This document shows, one piece after another, positions 39,191 to 48,586 of a stretch of DNA of 64,000 nucleotides. The translations under genes and the position numbers were made by a program. The notes beneath the pieces are model-generated. The model ran no database searches. It was not told the origin of the DNA and worked only from the letters and a program-made list of their open reading frames with translations. Numbering within the stretch: position 1 is the first letter of the stretch; each line of letters opens with the position of its first letter. Source of the stretch: Fibrobacteria bacterium (lineage in GTDB: Bacteria; Fibrobacterota; Fibrobacteria; UBA11236); the NCBI GenBank assembly GCA_043732185.1, contig JAYTHY010000050.1, forward strand, positions 1-64,000, written 5' to 3'.

Positions 39191-40954
39191 ATGCAAAACC
39201 CAAAAATTGTCACTCGTCTTATATCTGTGATCACGGTCCTTTCCACTTTTACACTTGCCCAAAAAGCCTGGGTGTCCCCGTCGGCTTTTGGAACCGCCGC
39301 ATCGGAAACGTCCATCAATCCGAGTCTCGATCTGGTTGACCTTTTACCAGCAGGCATGACGCAAAATATCAGTGGCTGGGACTGGCTAACGGACGACAAA
39401 ATTGTTTTCACCAATTGGGTTTGGAACTATACAGTAGAACCACTCGGCAATATCTGGGTGCTCTCAGGCATGAAGGCCCAAGACAAAGCAAAAATTACGG
39501 TAACTCGCTATTACCCCGGAAATCTACGAGAACCCTTGGGCGTAAAGGTGGTGAATGGAGACGTGTATGCCGTAGTCAAATTCGGTTTGCTCAAATTTAT
39601 AGATGCCGACAAAAATGGTATCGCAGAAGATACGGTGCAAATCGCGCCTTTCCCATATAAGCCAGAACCCGATGACGGCTGGAATCAGTATTCCTTGGAT
39701 CTGAAATATCGGGGAGGATTTTTCTACGTGGGACTGCCTTCGGAAACGGTAGCCGGAGGCTATCCTCGTTATCCGGTTACACCAGGTAGAGGCACGGTCG
39801 CGAAAATTGACCCTATAAATAAAACCCTCGAGTTTATGGTCACAGGCCTACGCACCCCGGATGGACTCGGATGGGGTCCGGACTCCAACCTGTTTGTCAC
39901 GGACAATCAAGGCGCCTGGCTACCAGCCAGCAAACTTATTCATGTAACGGGCAAACGATTCTTTGGACTTCAATCCGTGGAGCTTGGCAATCCAGCCTTG
40001 ATGGAATCTCCTCCTGCCATTTGGATGCCCCACCAGGAAGCATCCAGCTCTCCGACCCAGCCCATGATGCTTGAAAAAGGTCCTTACATGGGGCAGTTTA
40101 TCGTGGGGGATAACGTTTACGGCTTTCTCAACCGAATCGCCCTGGACAAGGTCAAGGGTGAATTCCAGGGCGCTTTATTCCATTTTACCGGCGGCTTGAC
40201 CTGTGGCAACCATCGCCTGTTGCAGAACGCCAATGGCGACGTGTATTTTGGTGGGCTGGGAAGCCCTATCAATTCATGGAATGAACACGGAAAAATGTTC
40301 GGCATCCAAGTGGCCCGTTTCAACAATAAGGCCAATTTCGAAGTCAAGGAAATCCTTTCCCGCGCCGATGGTTTTACCCTGCATTTCTCCGAAGCGGTAG
40401 GCGTTACCGCTGAAGACACCGCTAATTATCACCTGAGGCAATGGAGCTACAAACCCACCAAGGATTATGGTGGTCCAAAACTGAATAATGTGGCGTTAAC
40501 CTTGGGAGCTATTTCCGTAGACCCAACTAGAACCTACGTCCATATCAAGGTGAACGGCCTCACTGCTGGGCGAGTGGTTGATTTCCAGTTTCACAAAGAC
40601 CTTTCCTCCCAAGCCGCCCGCCCAATTTGGACCGGAGAGGCCTGGTATACCTTGAACCAGATTTCCGATGTCACCGATTTCTTTCCAACTGCCATTGGTG
40701 CACGCACCGGTAAAGGTTCAGAGAACCACATCAAACTCTCGAAAAGCCTGGGCAGCTATAGACTGGAACTGCCCAGTGGGGGTTATACGAACCTGAGCAT
40801 TATGCATCTCGACGGTAAAATAGCTTGGGAAAAATCCTTGACGGGGGAAAGCGCCGTTTTCTTTTCCTCAGCACAAATCCGACCCGGAGTGTACATCGTC
40901 GTTCTGCGCAATCACTTGGGAGCTTCAGTCAGCAAACGCATCGCCGTTCCCTAA
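39191..40954 (+). CDS. Secreted beta-propeller (sorbosone-dehydrogenase-like) with C-terminal sorting domain
   Basis: LREPLG, GLRTPDG, TDNQGAW; T9SS-like tail. Confidence 0.75.
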   Translation: MQNPKIVTRLISVITVLSTFTLAQKAWVSPSAFGTAASETSINPSLDLVDLLPAGMTQNISGWDWLTDDKIVFTNWVWNYTVEPLGNIWVLSGMKAQDKAKITVTRYYPGNLREPLGVKVVNGDVYAVVKFGLLKFIDADKNGIAEDTVQIAPFPYKPEPDDGWNQYSLDLKYRGGFFYVGLPSETVAGGYPRYPVTPGRGTVAKIDPINKTLEFMVTGLRTPDGLGWGPDSNLFVTDNQGAWLPASKLIHVTGKRFFGLQSVELGNPALMESPPAIWMPHQEASSSPTQPMMLEKGPYMGQFIVGDNVYGFLNRIALDKVKGEFQGALFHFTGGLTCGNHRLLQNANGDVYFGGLGSPINSWNEHGKMFGIQVARFNNKANFEVKEILSRADGFTLHFSEAVGVTAEDTANYHLRQWSYKPTKDYGGPKLNNVALTLGAISVDPTRTYVHIKVNGLTAGRVVDFQFHKDLSSQAARPIWTGEAWYTLNQISDVTDFFPTAIGARTGKGSENHIKLSKSLGSYRLELPSGGYTNLSIMHLDGKIAWEKSLTGESAVFFSSAQIRPGVYIVVLRNHLGASVSKRIAVP

Positions 40955-41024
40955 AGTGTAAGAGATCAACTGCCATTAGCTTTAATGTTCTAAAGTTTCA
41001 TGATACCCCAGGAAAGGCCCTGCC

Positions 41025-42845
41025 ATGTTTGCACAAAAATTCAAAGAATCCTTTTTAAAAAGCCATTCCTTCTACTTTAAATTGGGGTGCCTTTGCGGCA
41101 TCTTATCCGGATTCTCGCTTGCAACCCAAGCCGCGGTAACGCTTACCATCAACAATCACGATGCCGCTGGAAACCAGTTCAGTCGCTTTGATGTGGACGG
41201 CAATTCCCTGGATGCCCATGACGGAGGGCTCTACCTGTTTGGCGATACGTACTACCTGTATGGCACCAGTTATAGTTGTGGCTATCAATACACGATCAAT
41301 TCCACTTTTTGTGGGTTCAAAGTGTACAGCACCCAGGATCTGGTCCACTGGACCGACAAGGGTTTTGCTGTGCCTCCCACTTCATGCCAATACTGTTTTC
41401 GTCCCCATGTTATGTACAATACCACAAGCAAACTCTATGTGATGTGGTCGGATGCCGGAGGTGCGTATCACGTTTATACCAGCCCCACACCCACCGGACC
41501 GTTTACCCGTAAGCCGGACCCTAAACTGACGGTTGGAGGAGCGGTGGATGAAGCCACCTTCCAGGATGAGGATGGCACTGGCTGGCTTATCCACAACAGC
41601 GTACTGCCCCCGGCTATTTGTTGCGATATGGTGGTTGAAAAATTGACCGCAGACTATTTGAACACAACGGGAGAATTCGTAAAACTGGGGCTCGGTGATG
41701 TCGAAGGCTTCGCCGTATTTAAACGTGATGGTGTTTTTCATGCAGTCATGTCCGATCCTAGCTGCGCCTACTGTGGAGGCGGAACCGGCGAAATGACCGC
41801 CACCTCCATGCTAGGCCCATGGGCCGGTGCCTGGTACGATCCTAATGGACTGCATCAAAGCGGGAATAAAGAACCGCGCATGCGCGCCCGTATCGTCAAT
41901 CCCAATAGTTGTGGAGGACAACCTCTGGTGACCATGCCCGTGCCGCAGCCCAATGGATCCACAGCCTATTATTTCATCTCCGATCGATGGAACAATCGTG
42001 CTCCCAATGAATCGATGGCAAACTTTTTTATTGGACCCATGTCCTTCAATGCCCAAGGAGTACTCGACAGCATCAAATGCGTAAGTTCCTTTGAAGCCTC
42101 TTTAGCCGTGGGTACTTTAGGTTCCTATAAAGCGTCCGCCGACCTCGATCAAACCAGTGGCTTTGAAGGTTTTCGGCACCATTGCGATATCAATGGCAAC
42201 ACCCAGCGGCAACAAAGCTTTAAGCCTTCGCGCTCCGGTAAGCTGACGGCCGCGACGTTAACCACCTTCCGATCCGGTACACCCACCGCGCCGCTCACCA
42301 TTGACCTTTTGGATGCCGGTGGTGCAGTGCTCCATACCACAAGCCTACCGGTTTCCGCCATTCCTTGGGCGCCACATGTCATCACCATAAATCCCAACGT
42401 GTCCGTGGTAGCAGGACAGACTTATTTTCTGCGTATGCATTCCTCCACTCCTGCAGGCGCGGCCTGTTACGGAATGGAATACAATCAAGCCAATGTCTAT
42501 TCGGGTGGAAACGAAAGTTACAGCACCAATAACGGCACCACATTCACCCAAGAAGCTTTGCGAGACCTCAAATTCACCGTGGACATCCCGGGCGCCACCG
42601 CCATTCGAGGCAATCCTACCCGACAAAATGGGGTAAGTCCGTTCCCGTCCTTGCGAGGCATCCTCGTCCTGATGGAAGATTTCCAAACTGTGACCGCACC
42701 CACCGGCATGACCGGATTCACCCTATTCAATTTAGCGGGCCAAAAAGTTTGGGAAAGCGGACCGCTGCATTCCGGAGTCACATTTACGTTACCCCAGGGA
42801 CTGAAAAAAGGAGCCTGGCATTACAGGTGGACTGCCGACCTTTAA
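41025..42845 (+). CDS. Secreted GH43-like glycoside hydrolase
   Basis: AHDG, YYLYG, YSTQDLVHW, RPHV, FQDEDG, EG; sorting-type tail. Confidence 0.8.
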   Translation: MFAQKFKESFLKSHSFYFKLGCLCGILSGFSLATQAAVTLTINNHDAAGNQFSRFDVDGNSLDAHDGGLYLFGDTYYLYGTSYSCGYQYTINSTFCGFKVYSTQDLVHWTDKGFAVPPTSCQYCFRPHVMYNTTSKLYVMWSDAGGAYHVYTSPTPTGPFTRKPDPKLTVGGAVDEATFQDEDGTGWLIHNSVLPPAICCDMVVEKLTADYLNTTGEFVKLGLGDVEGFAVFKRDGVFHAVMSDPSCAYCGGGTGEMTATSMLGPWAGAWYDPNGLHQSGNKEPRMRARIVNPNSCGGQPLVTMPVPQPNGSTAYYFISDRWNNRAPNESMANFFIGPMSFNAQGVLDSIKCVSSFEASLAVGTLGSYKASADLDQTSGFEGFRHHCDINGNTQRQQSFKPSRSGKLTAATLTTFRSGTPTAPLTIDLLDAGGAVLHTTSLPVSAIPWAPHVITINPNVSVVAGQTYFLRMHSSTPAGAACYGMEYNQANVYSGGNESYSTNNGTTFTQEALRDLKFTVDIPGATAIRGNPTRQNGVSPFPSLRGILVLMEDFQTVTAPTGMTGFTLFNLAGQKVWESGPLHSGVTFTLPQGLKKGAWHYRWTADL

Positions 42846-43831
42846 TCCCGGGCCTTGGCGCCCAACCTATCCAATCCCATCGCACCGATGATGATGACTC
42901 CGACCACTATGTTCTGCATATAATTGGGTATTCCCGCCATATTGCAACCATTGCGCAAAACGGCCATCAGCAAGGCTCCAACCAAGGAACCGGCAGCCCG
43001 GCCCTCTCCACCGCGTAAGGAGCCTCCGCCAATAACTACTGCGGCTATGATATCAAGCTCCATCCCCTCAGCGGCGGTGGGGTCACCGAGCGTCAAATTG
43101 GCGAATTGCATAATGCCGGCCATGCCCGCAAACGCACCCCCGACTGCATAGATCCAGATGCGACGCCTAACCACGGGAATGCCGCAAAGCCTGGCGGTGG
43201 CCTCGTTGGAGCCCAGGGCATAGGTATGCCGCCCGAATACCGTATACCGTAACACAACAGATACTGCCACGGTCAGAGCCAGTAGTAGCCATACTCCAGG
43301 AGCCAAAACCAACCAGCCCGGAGTGGGATCGATATCCATCAGGTAATTAATCCAGGAAGCCGGTGCCATAACGGTTTGTTCTTTTGCCAGCCATTTGGCT
43401 CCACCCCTGAATATCTGCATGGTTCCCAAAGTCACGATAAAAGGGACAATCCGGAGGCGCGCGGATAGCAGCCCATTGCATACTCCACCCAAAGCCCCAA
43501 GGGCAATGGCGGATGCACCGGCTATCCAAGGTAACCACTGGGGTAACGGAACTGGAAAGCTACCCAAGAGCCGGGCAATCAATACGGTGGACAAGGCAAT
43601 CAGGGAACCCACACTCAAATCAATGCCGCCGCTAATGATGACGAATGTCATGCCCAAGGAACCAATGCCGACGATGACGCTTTGCGTGAGGATGGTCTTG
43701 AGATTGTAGACGCTATGGAAAGCCGCCGGTCCAAGTCCCATGAACAGCATGAATGTCAACCACAATCCCAGGTAAGGAGCCACCACCCGAAAATTCCCGC
43801 GCACGGGCCGCCTCTTCAAGGTTCCACTCAT
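42842..43831 (-). CDS. Sugar ABC transporter permease (RbsC-like)
   Basis: GGIDLSVG, PFIVTLG, FGR, GSNEATA, ELDIIAAVVIGG. Confidence 0.93.
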   Translation of the reverse strand: MSGTLKRRPVRGNFRVVAPYLGLWLTFMLFMGLGPAAFHSVYNLKTILTQSVIVGIGSLGMTFVIISGGIDLSVGSLIALSTVLIARLLGSFPVPLPQWLPWIAGASAIALGALGGVCNGLLSARLRIVPFIVTLGTMQIFRGGAKWLAKEQTVMAPASWINYLMDIDPTPGWLVLAPGVWLLLALTVAVSVVLRYTVFGRHTYALGSNEATARLCGIPVVRRRIWIYAVGGAFAGMAGIMQFANLTLGDPTAAEGMELDIIAAVVIGGGSLRGGEGRAAGSLVGALLMAVLRNGCNMAGIPNYMQNIVVGVIIIGAMGLDRLGAKARD

Positions 43832-45369
43832 GGCTGGACTCCCTGCGTGGCGTAAGCCATCACAGACGCTTCCGTCCAATCGTTCACGGGCTGTATGCCA
43901 CTGAGCTCCCCCCGATGCATGACCGCCAAGGAATCACAAACTCCAAACAATTCCGGAAGGTAGGACCCAACCCATATCACGGCCTTGCCTCGTTCTGCCC
44001 AGGCGGAAATGAGACTGTAGATTTCCGCTTTGGAGGCTACGTCCACACCGCGGGTGGGTTCATCCAGAAGCCAGACTTCCGTTTCCCCCAATAGCAATCG
44101 GCTCAAAGCGACTTTTTGCTGATTGCCTCCGGATAGAGTGCCCACCGGCTGGTCGACTTCATAAAACTTAACTTTCATCTGCTGACACAGCTGCGCGACC
44201 CGCTTTCCCTCCGCGCCAAACCGAATCAATCCCATCCGGTTCGTTTGGGTGTGCAAATCGGCCAAGGTAACATTGGCCCTGATGGACAAGTCCATTGCCA
44301 GGCCTTCTTCCTTCCTATTCTCACTTAAGAATCCGAGGCCCAATGCCATAGCTCTTTTTGGATTTAAGGTGCCGGCTCTAAACCGTCCATTGTTGGCAAG
44401 AGTCAATGTTCCAGACGTCGCGGCATGCAGCCCAACCAAGCTCCTAAGGAATGTACTGCGACCCGATCCCACCAATCCGGCAATGCCTAGAATCTGACCG
44501 CCGTGAATGGACAAGGTTACGGAAGGCGCACCTGCATGCACTTGCCAGGCTTCCAAGTCCAAAACCACGCTCCCGGATTTCCGCGTGGAGGCAGGGTAAA
44601 TCTCGTTGACGGGCCTCCCCACCATGGCCTGAATGATTTCATCCACTGGTGTGGAACCGGGTAACCCAGCGGATACGGTCTCCCCATCGCGGAGGATTGT
44701 GATTCTATCCGCGATTTTGGCTACCTCGTCCAAAAAATGGCTGATGTAAACAACCGAAACCCGCTTGGCCTTGAGCTTGCCGATTACGGTGAAAAGTTTT
44801 TCGGAATCTCGGGCGGTTAGGGAACTGGTGGGCTCGTCCATGAGTATCAACCGGCTGTCCAAAAACAAAGCTCTGGCGATTTCGACGATTTGACGCTCCG
44901 CAACCCCCAGGTTACCTACCCGTTCCTGGGGATCGATTTCACCGAAGCCCAGCCACTCCAAAGTTTCCCGAACTTTTTCGGATGGATCGAGTACAAAACC
45001 AAAACGGGAAATTTCACGTCCTAAAGTGATATTCTCGGCTACAGTCAAATGGTCTGCCAGGGCCAGCTCCTGATGCACCAGAGAAACACCTAAGTTACCG
45101 GCCTCTCGAGGTGAACGGGGATGGTACCCGACTCCCAGGAATTCCATGGAACCGGCATCCGGAGCCAGCGCACCTCCGAGGATGGCCACCAAGGTGCTTT
45201 TACCAGCGCCGTTTTCGCCAATCAGGGCATGGACCTCGCCTTGGGAAATATCCAGATCGACCCCGCGCAAAGCCTGTGCAACACCGAAGGCCTTTCGAAT
45301 TCCCCGCAATCGCAACAGAGGTAACATTGGCAACTGAGGCAACGGCAACGGCAGCGGAATATCGGCCAA
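43828..45369 (-). CDS. Sugar ABC transporter ATPase (RbsA-like)
   Basis: GENGAGKST, DEPT, LSGGNQQKV, DEPTRGVD. Confidence 0.95.
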   Translation of the reverse strand: MADIPLPLPLPQLPMLPLLRLRGIRKAFGVAQALRGVDLDISQGEVHALIGENGAGKSTLVAILGGALAPDAGSMEFLGVGYHPRSPREAGNLGVSLVHQELALADHLTVAENITLGREISRFGFVLDPSEKVRETLEWLGFGEIDPQERVGNLGVAERQIVEIARALFLDSRLILMDEPTSSLTARDSEKLFTVIGKLKAKRVSVVYISHFLDEVAKIADRITILRDGETVSAGLPGSTPVDEIIQAMVGRPVNEIYPASTRKSGSVVLDLEAWQVHAGAPSVTLSIHGGQILGIAGLVGSGRSTFLRSLVGLHAATSGTLTLANNGRFRAGTLNPKRAMALGLGFLSENRKEEGLAMDLSIRANVTLADLHTQTNRMGLIRFGAEGKRVAQLCQQMKVKFYEVDQPVGTLSGGNQQKVALSRLLLGETEVWLLDEPTRGVDVASKAEIYSLISAWAERGKAVIWVGSYLPELFGVCDSLAVMHRGELSGIQPVNDWTEASVMAYATQGVQP

Positions 45370-46422
45370 TCATTCCCCCAGCCATTTCTTAAGGTCGGCA
45401 TGGAGCAAGGCCACCACGTCCGGCTCTTCCAGGTTGGTGGCGAGAATCAAGCGGGCCCCGGTATCCAGCCGGGCGTCTACCTTTTCCCCGCGCTTGGCAG
45501 CCAATGCGGTTTTAACGCCCAGGTAACCCATGCGAAACGGGTCCTGCACTACCAAGCCGGCTACTTCTCCGGCCTTTAGCGCTTGGAGCAGCGGCTCAGT
45601 GGCGTCAAAACCCAACAAATGCACTTTGCCAGCCCGGCCCGCCACCTGCAATGCGCGCAGCATGCCAAAGGTGGTGGGAGCATTAGGCGTAAACACGCCT
45701 TCCACATCCAGAAACTTGTTCAACAAATTCTGCGAAGTCTTGAGGGCGGACTCGGCTGTTACTCCGGCATATTGATTCGAGGACACCACTTCAACCTTCG
45801 GCGCGTACTCTTTGAGACCCTCCAGAAAACCGTTTTCACGATTGCTGTTGCTGGCAGAACCTTCCAAATATCGCATGACCATCACCTTGCCGGTGGGCTC
45901 CTTTGCTTTCCCGGAAGCGGGCCCGCCGCGCGCCTGTAAAAGATCCGCCATCTGCCGGGCTGCCAGTTTTCCTGCAGCAAAGTTGTCCGTGGCCACGAAG
46001 CTGGAAAAAGATTTGGACTTGAGATCGGAATCAATAATGACGACGGGTATTCCGCGTTTCACAGCGGCTTCCACCGGACGGGCCAATGCCGTCTCATCTA
46101 AAGGGGCAATGACGATAGCATCCAATCCCCGGCTGGTGAAATTCTGCACCACTTCGATTTGGCCTTTGCGATCGTCTTCTTTGGCCGGGCCTTGCCAGAT
46201 GATGTCGGCGCCTTCCTCTTGACCGGCCTTCATGGCTCCGGCATGCACCGTTTTCCAGAATTCATGCGTCGTGCCTTTGGGAATGACGGCAACCACTGGC
46301 CGAGTAGGTTTTCCAGAACCTGCCGCCTGGACCGAGCCGAGTAAAAACGAAGATATGAGGAACAATGCGTTAAAAACCGACTTCTTGATCAAAAAAATCC
46401 CCCTGAGAATGTTTAAGGTCAT
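45370..46422 (-). CDS. Sugar ABC substrate-binding protein (RbsB-like)
   Basis: IPKGTTHEFW, VATDN, GFD, VQDPFRMGY. Confidence 0.92.
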   Translation of the reverse strand: MTLNILRGIFLIKKSVFNALFLISSFLLGSVQAAGSGKPTRPVVAVIPKGTTHEFWKTVHAGAMKAGQEEGADIIWQGPAKEDDRKGQIEVVQNFTSRGLDAIVIAPLDETALARPVEAAVKRGIPVVIIDSDLKSKSFSSFVATDNFAAGKLAARQMADLLQARGGPASGKAKEPTGKVMVMRYLEGSASNSNRENGFLEGLKEYAPKVEVVSSNQYAGVTAESALKTSQNLLNKFLDVEGVFTPNAPTTFGMLRALQVAGRAGKVHLLGFDATEPLLQALKAGEVAGLVVQDPFRMGYLGVKTALAAKRGEKVDARLDTGARLILATNLEEPDVVALLHADLKKWLGE

Positions 46423-46450
46423 GGCCTCATGGCCTCATAGCCTCATGGTC
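46419..46450. repeat. Four tandem 8-bp units over the start/RBS of the binding-protein gene
   Basis: TCATGGCC TCATGGCC TCATAGCC TCATGGTC. Confidence 0.8.
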
Positions 46451-46602
46451 TAGAGGCCGGGCGGGTACCACCAATGCCCTATAAAGTTACAAATTTAGGC
46501 CATAAATGTGGGTAACGGGAAGGTCACCCTAGCCTTCCAAAACCCAATTTTACCCGGGCCAATGCAGGGGGAAAATCGGCCGGTTGGAGTTAGTTTTAGG
46601 CA

Positions 46603-48480
46603 GTGGTAACTACAGGAGGCTTCTGGATGCCGGATTTTCTGCCTAGCCTAGCACAATGTGCGTGTCGCGCTTATCGCCGATTTTACCGTTTGGCCTTTTT
46701 ATGTTTCGTTTTTGGATTTGGATTTGGAATTGGTTCAAGCACTAGCATTGCTCAACCACAGCAGATTCGCATCACCAATCCTGAGGCTGATTCCGTTTTG
46801 TTGGGCACTTACAATCCGGCCCGTTATGGCACATCGGTTATGCCAAAAGATATCGGCGGGATTCTCAAAAACATGGCGACGGAGATTTCTCGGGATTCTC
46901 TCGAATCCTACCTAAAGCAAGTCGTAACCTTTTATAACCGGAATACGGGATCCGATACACTTTCCAACACACGCGGCATGGGCGCAGCAAGGCGTTGGGC
47001 ATTCAAAAAATTTCAGGACTTCAGCGCCAAAAACAATGGCAGGATGCTTGTCACCTATCTTCAATTCAATCAGGCTGTTTGTGGAATGAATCAGCATCGC
47101 AATGTATTAGCCGTGTTACCGGGTCAAGACACCAAGAATCACGCCTTGGTCGTTGTGGAAGCACATTTGGATACGCGCTGCGAGACCGGCTGCGACATTA
47201 CCTGCAAATCCGAAGGGGCCGATGACAATGGGGCCGGTGTCGCACTAGTGCTGGAAGCAGCGCGGGTGCTGAGCAAATACCAATTCCAACACACTTTGGT
47301 TTTTATGCTGACCACGGGTGAAGAGCAAGGGCTTTACGGTGGTGCGGCCATGGCCAAATATTCTAAGGACCATGGCATCAGCATCCGCTCGGTACAGAAC
47401 AATGATGTGGTTGGCGGTATCGTCTGTGGTCCCACCTCTTCCCCACCCGGCTGTCAAATACCCAATAGCATCGACAGCAACCATGTGCGCATTTTTTCCG
47501 CCGCCATAAACTTTTCTATGAACAAGGCTCTGGGCCGCTTTATCAAAGGCCAATACGAGCAATGGATTAAACCCACTGCCAAGGTTCCCATGGAAATTGT
47601 CCTAATGGATCCCATCGACCGCACCGGGCGCGGAGGGGATCATCAGCCCTTCAGCGATTTGGGATATGCGGCCATAAGGTTCACGGAGTCTTTTGAATAC
47701 GGCAATGGCAACAGCAATCCCGAACAAGGACGACAGCACACTGTCTTGGATGTCATCGGCAGAGATACCAATGGAGATGGTGTGTTTGACAGCCTTTTTG
47801 TGGATTACAATTATCTGCATCGGAATACCCTCATCAATGCCGTGGGGTTGGTGGGCGCAGCCTCGGGTCCGCAAGCACCTGAATTCGATACTGCCACAGC
47901 AGCAAAAGGATATATTAGCATCAGCCTAAAAACGGCTACTTCCCTACCCGGCATTTATAAAGTGGCAGTGCGGACAAATTCCAATGATTTTGCCGTGGTG
48001 TATACTGTGAGTGACACGGCATCCTTTATTTTGCCAAGCACCAAAACGGGAACAACTTATTATTTAGCCGTCGCCTCGGTAGATGCAGCCGGTGCGCAAA
48101 GTCTCTATTCACAGGAAAAAGCCATACTGGCCAAGGTGGATGGTCCACCCGTTTCTATTTCCGCTTTCCACCCCCATGATACTCATGGGCATACTGCCTG
48201 GCGGCTCTCTCCGACAAGTATTTTTATGGATCACATTTCCTGGACTATTTTAGGAGATTCGAAAAAATCCGCGCGTTCACTGGTACTGTGCATTGCCGAT
48301 GCCAAGGGCCGAACTCTACGGAGTCAAACCTTCCCCTTCCAGGGTGTGGGACAGATTCTAGAAGTAACCTTGTATTCCAAGACTATTCCTCCAGGTACCT
48401 ACCAAGTTACCCTGCAGGCTGACGGGAAGTACGTCTCTGCACAGACATTGAATATTCCCAATCAAATCAAAATCCGCTAA
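46603..48480 (+). CDS. Secreted M28-family peptidase with Fn3-like and sorting domains
   Basis: AHLD, GADDNGAG, GEEQGL, NND, GGDH. Confidence 0.88.
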   Translation: MVTTGGFWMPDFLPSLAQCACRAYRRFYRLAFLCFVFGFGFGIGSSTSIAQPQQIRITNPEADSVLLGTYNPARYGTSVMPKDIGGILKNMATEISRDSLESYLKQVVTFYNRNTGSDTLSNTRGMGAARRWAFKKFQDFSAKNNGRMLVTYLQFNQAVCGMNQHRNVLAVLPGQDTKNHALVVVEAHLDTRCETGCDITCKSEGADDNGAGVALVLEAARVLSKYQFQHTLVFMLTTGEEQGLYGGAAMAKYSKDHGISIRSVQNNDVVGGIVCGPTSSPPGCQIPNSIDSNHVRIFSAAINFSMNKALGRFIKGQYEQWIKPTAKVPMEIVLMDPIDRTGRGGDHQPFSDLGYAAIRFTESFEYGNGNSNPEQGRQHTVLDVIGRDTNGDGVFDSLFVDYNYLHRNTLINAVGLVGAASGPQAPEFDTATAAKGYISISLKTATSLPGIYKVAVRTNSNDFAVVYTVSDTASFILPSTKTGTTYYLAVASVDAAGAQSLYSQEKAILAKVDGPPVSISAFHPHDTHGHTAWRLSPTSIFMDHISWTILGDSKKSARSLVLCIADAKGRTLRSQTFPFQGVGQILEVTLYSKTIPPGTYQVTLQADGKYVSAQTLNIPNQIKIR

Positions 48481-48586
48481 AACCCACGGCCCTTACCCCA
48501 AGTAAATAAAAATACCCGGATCCAAGGATCCGTGCTAGAATATTTTGCCCGCCTGGCTAGGCTCTGGCTAGGCTGTAAGGAGAAAT

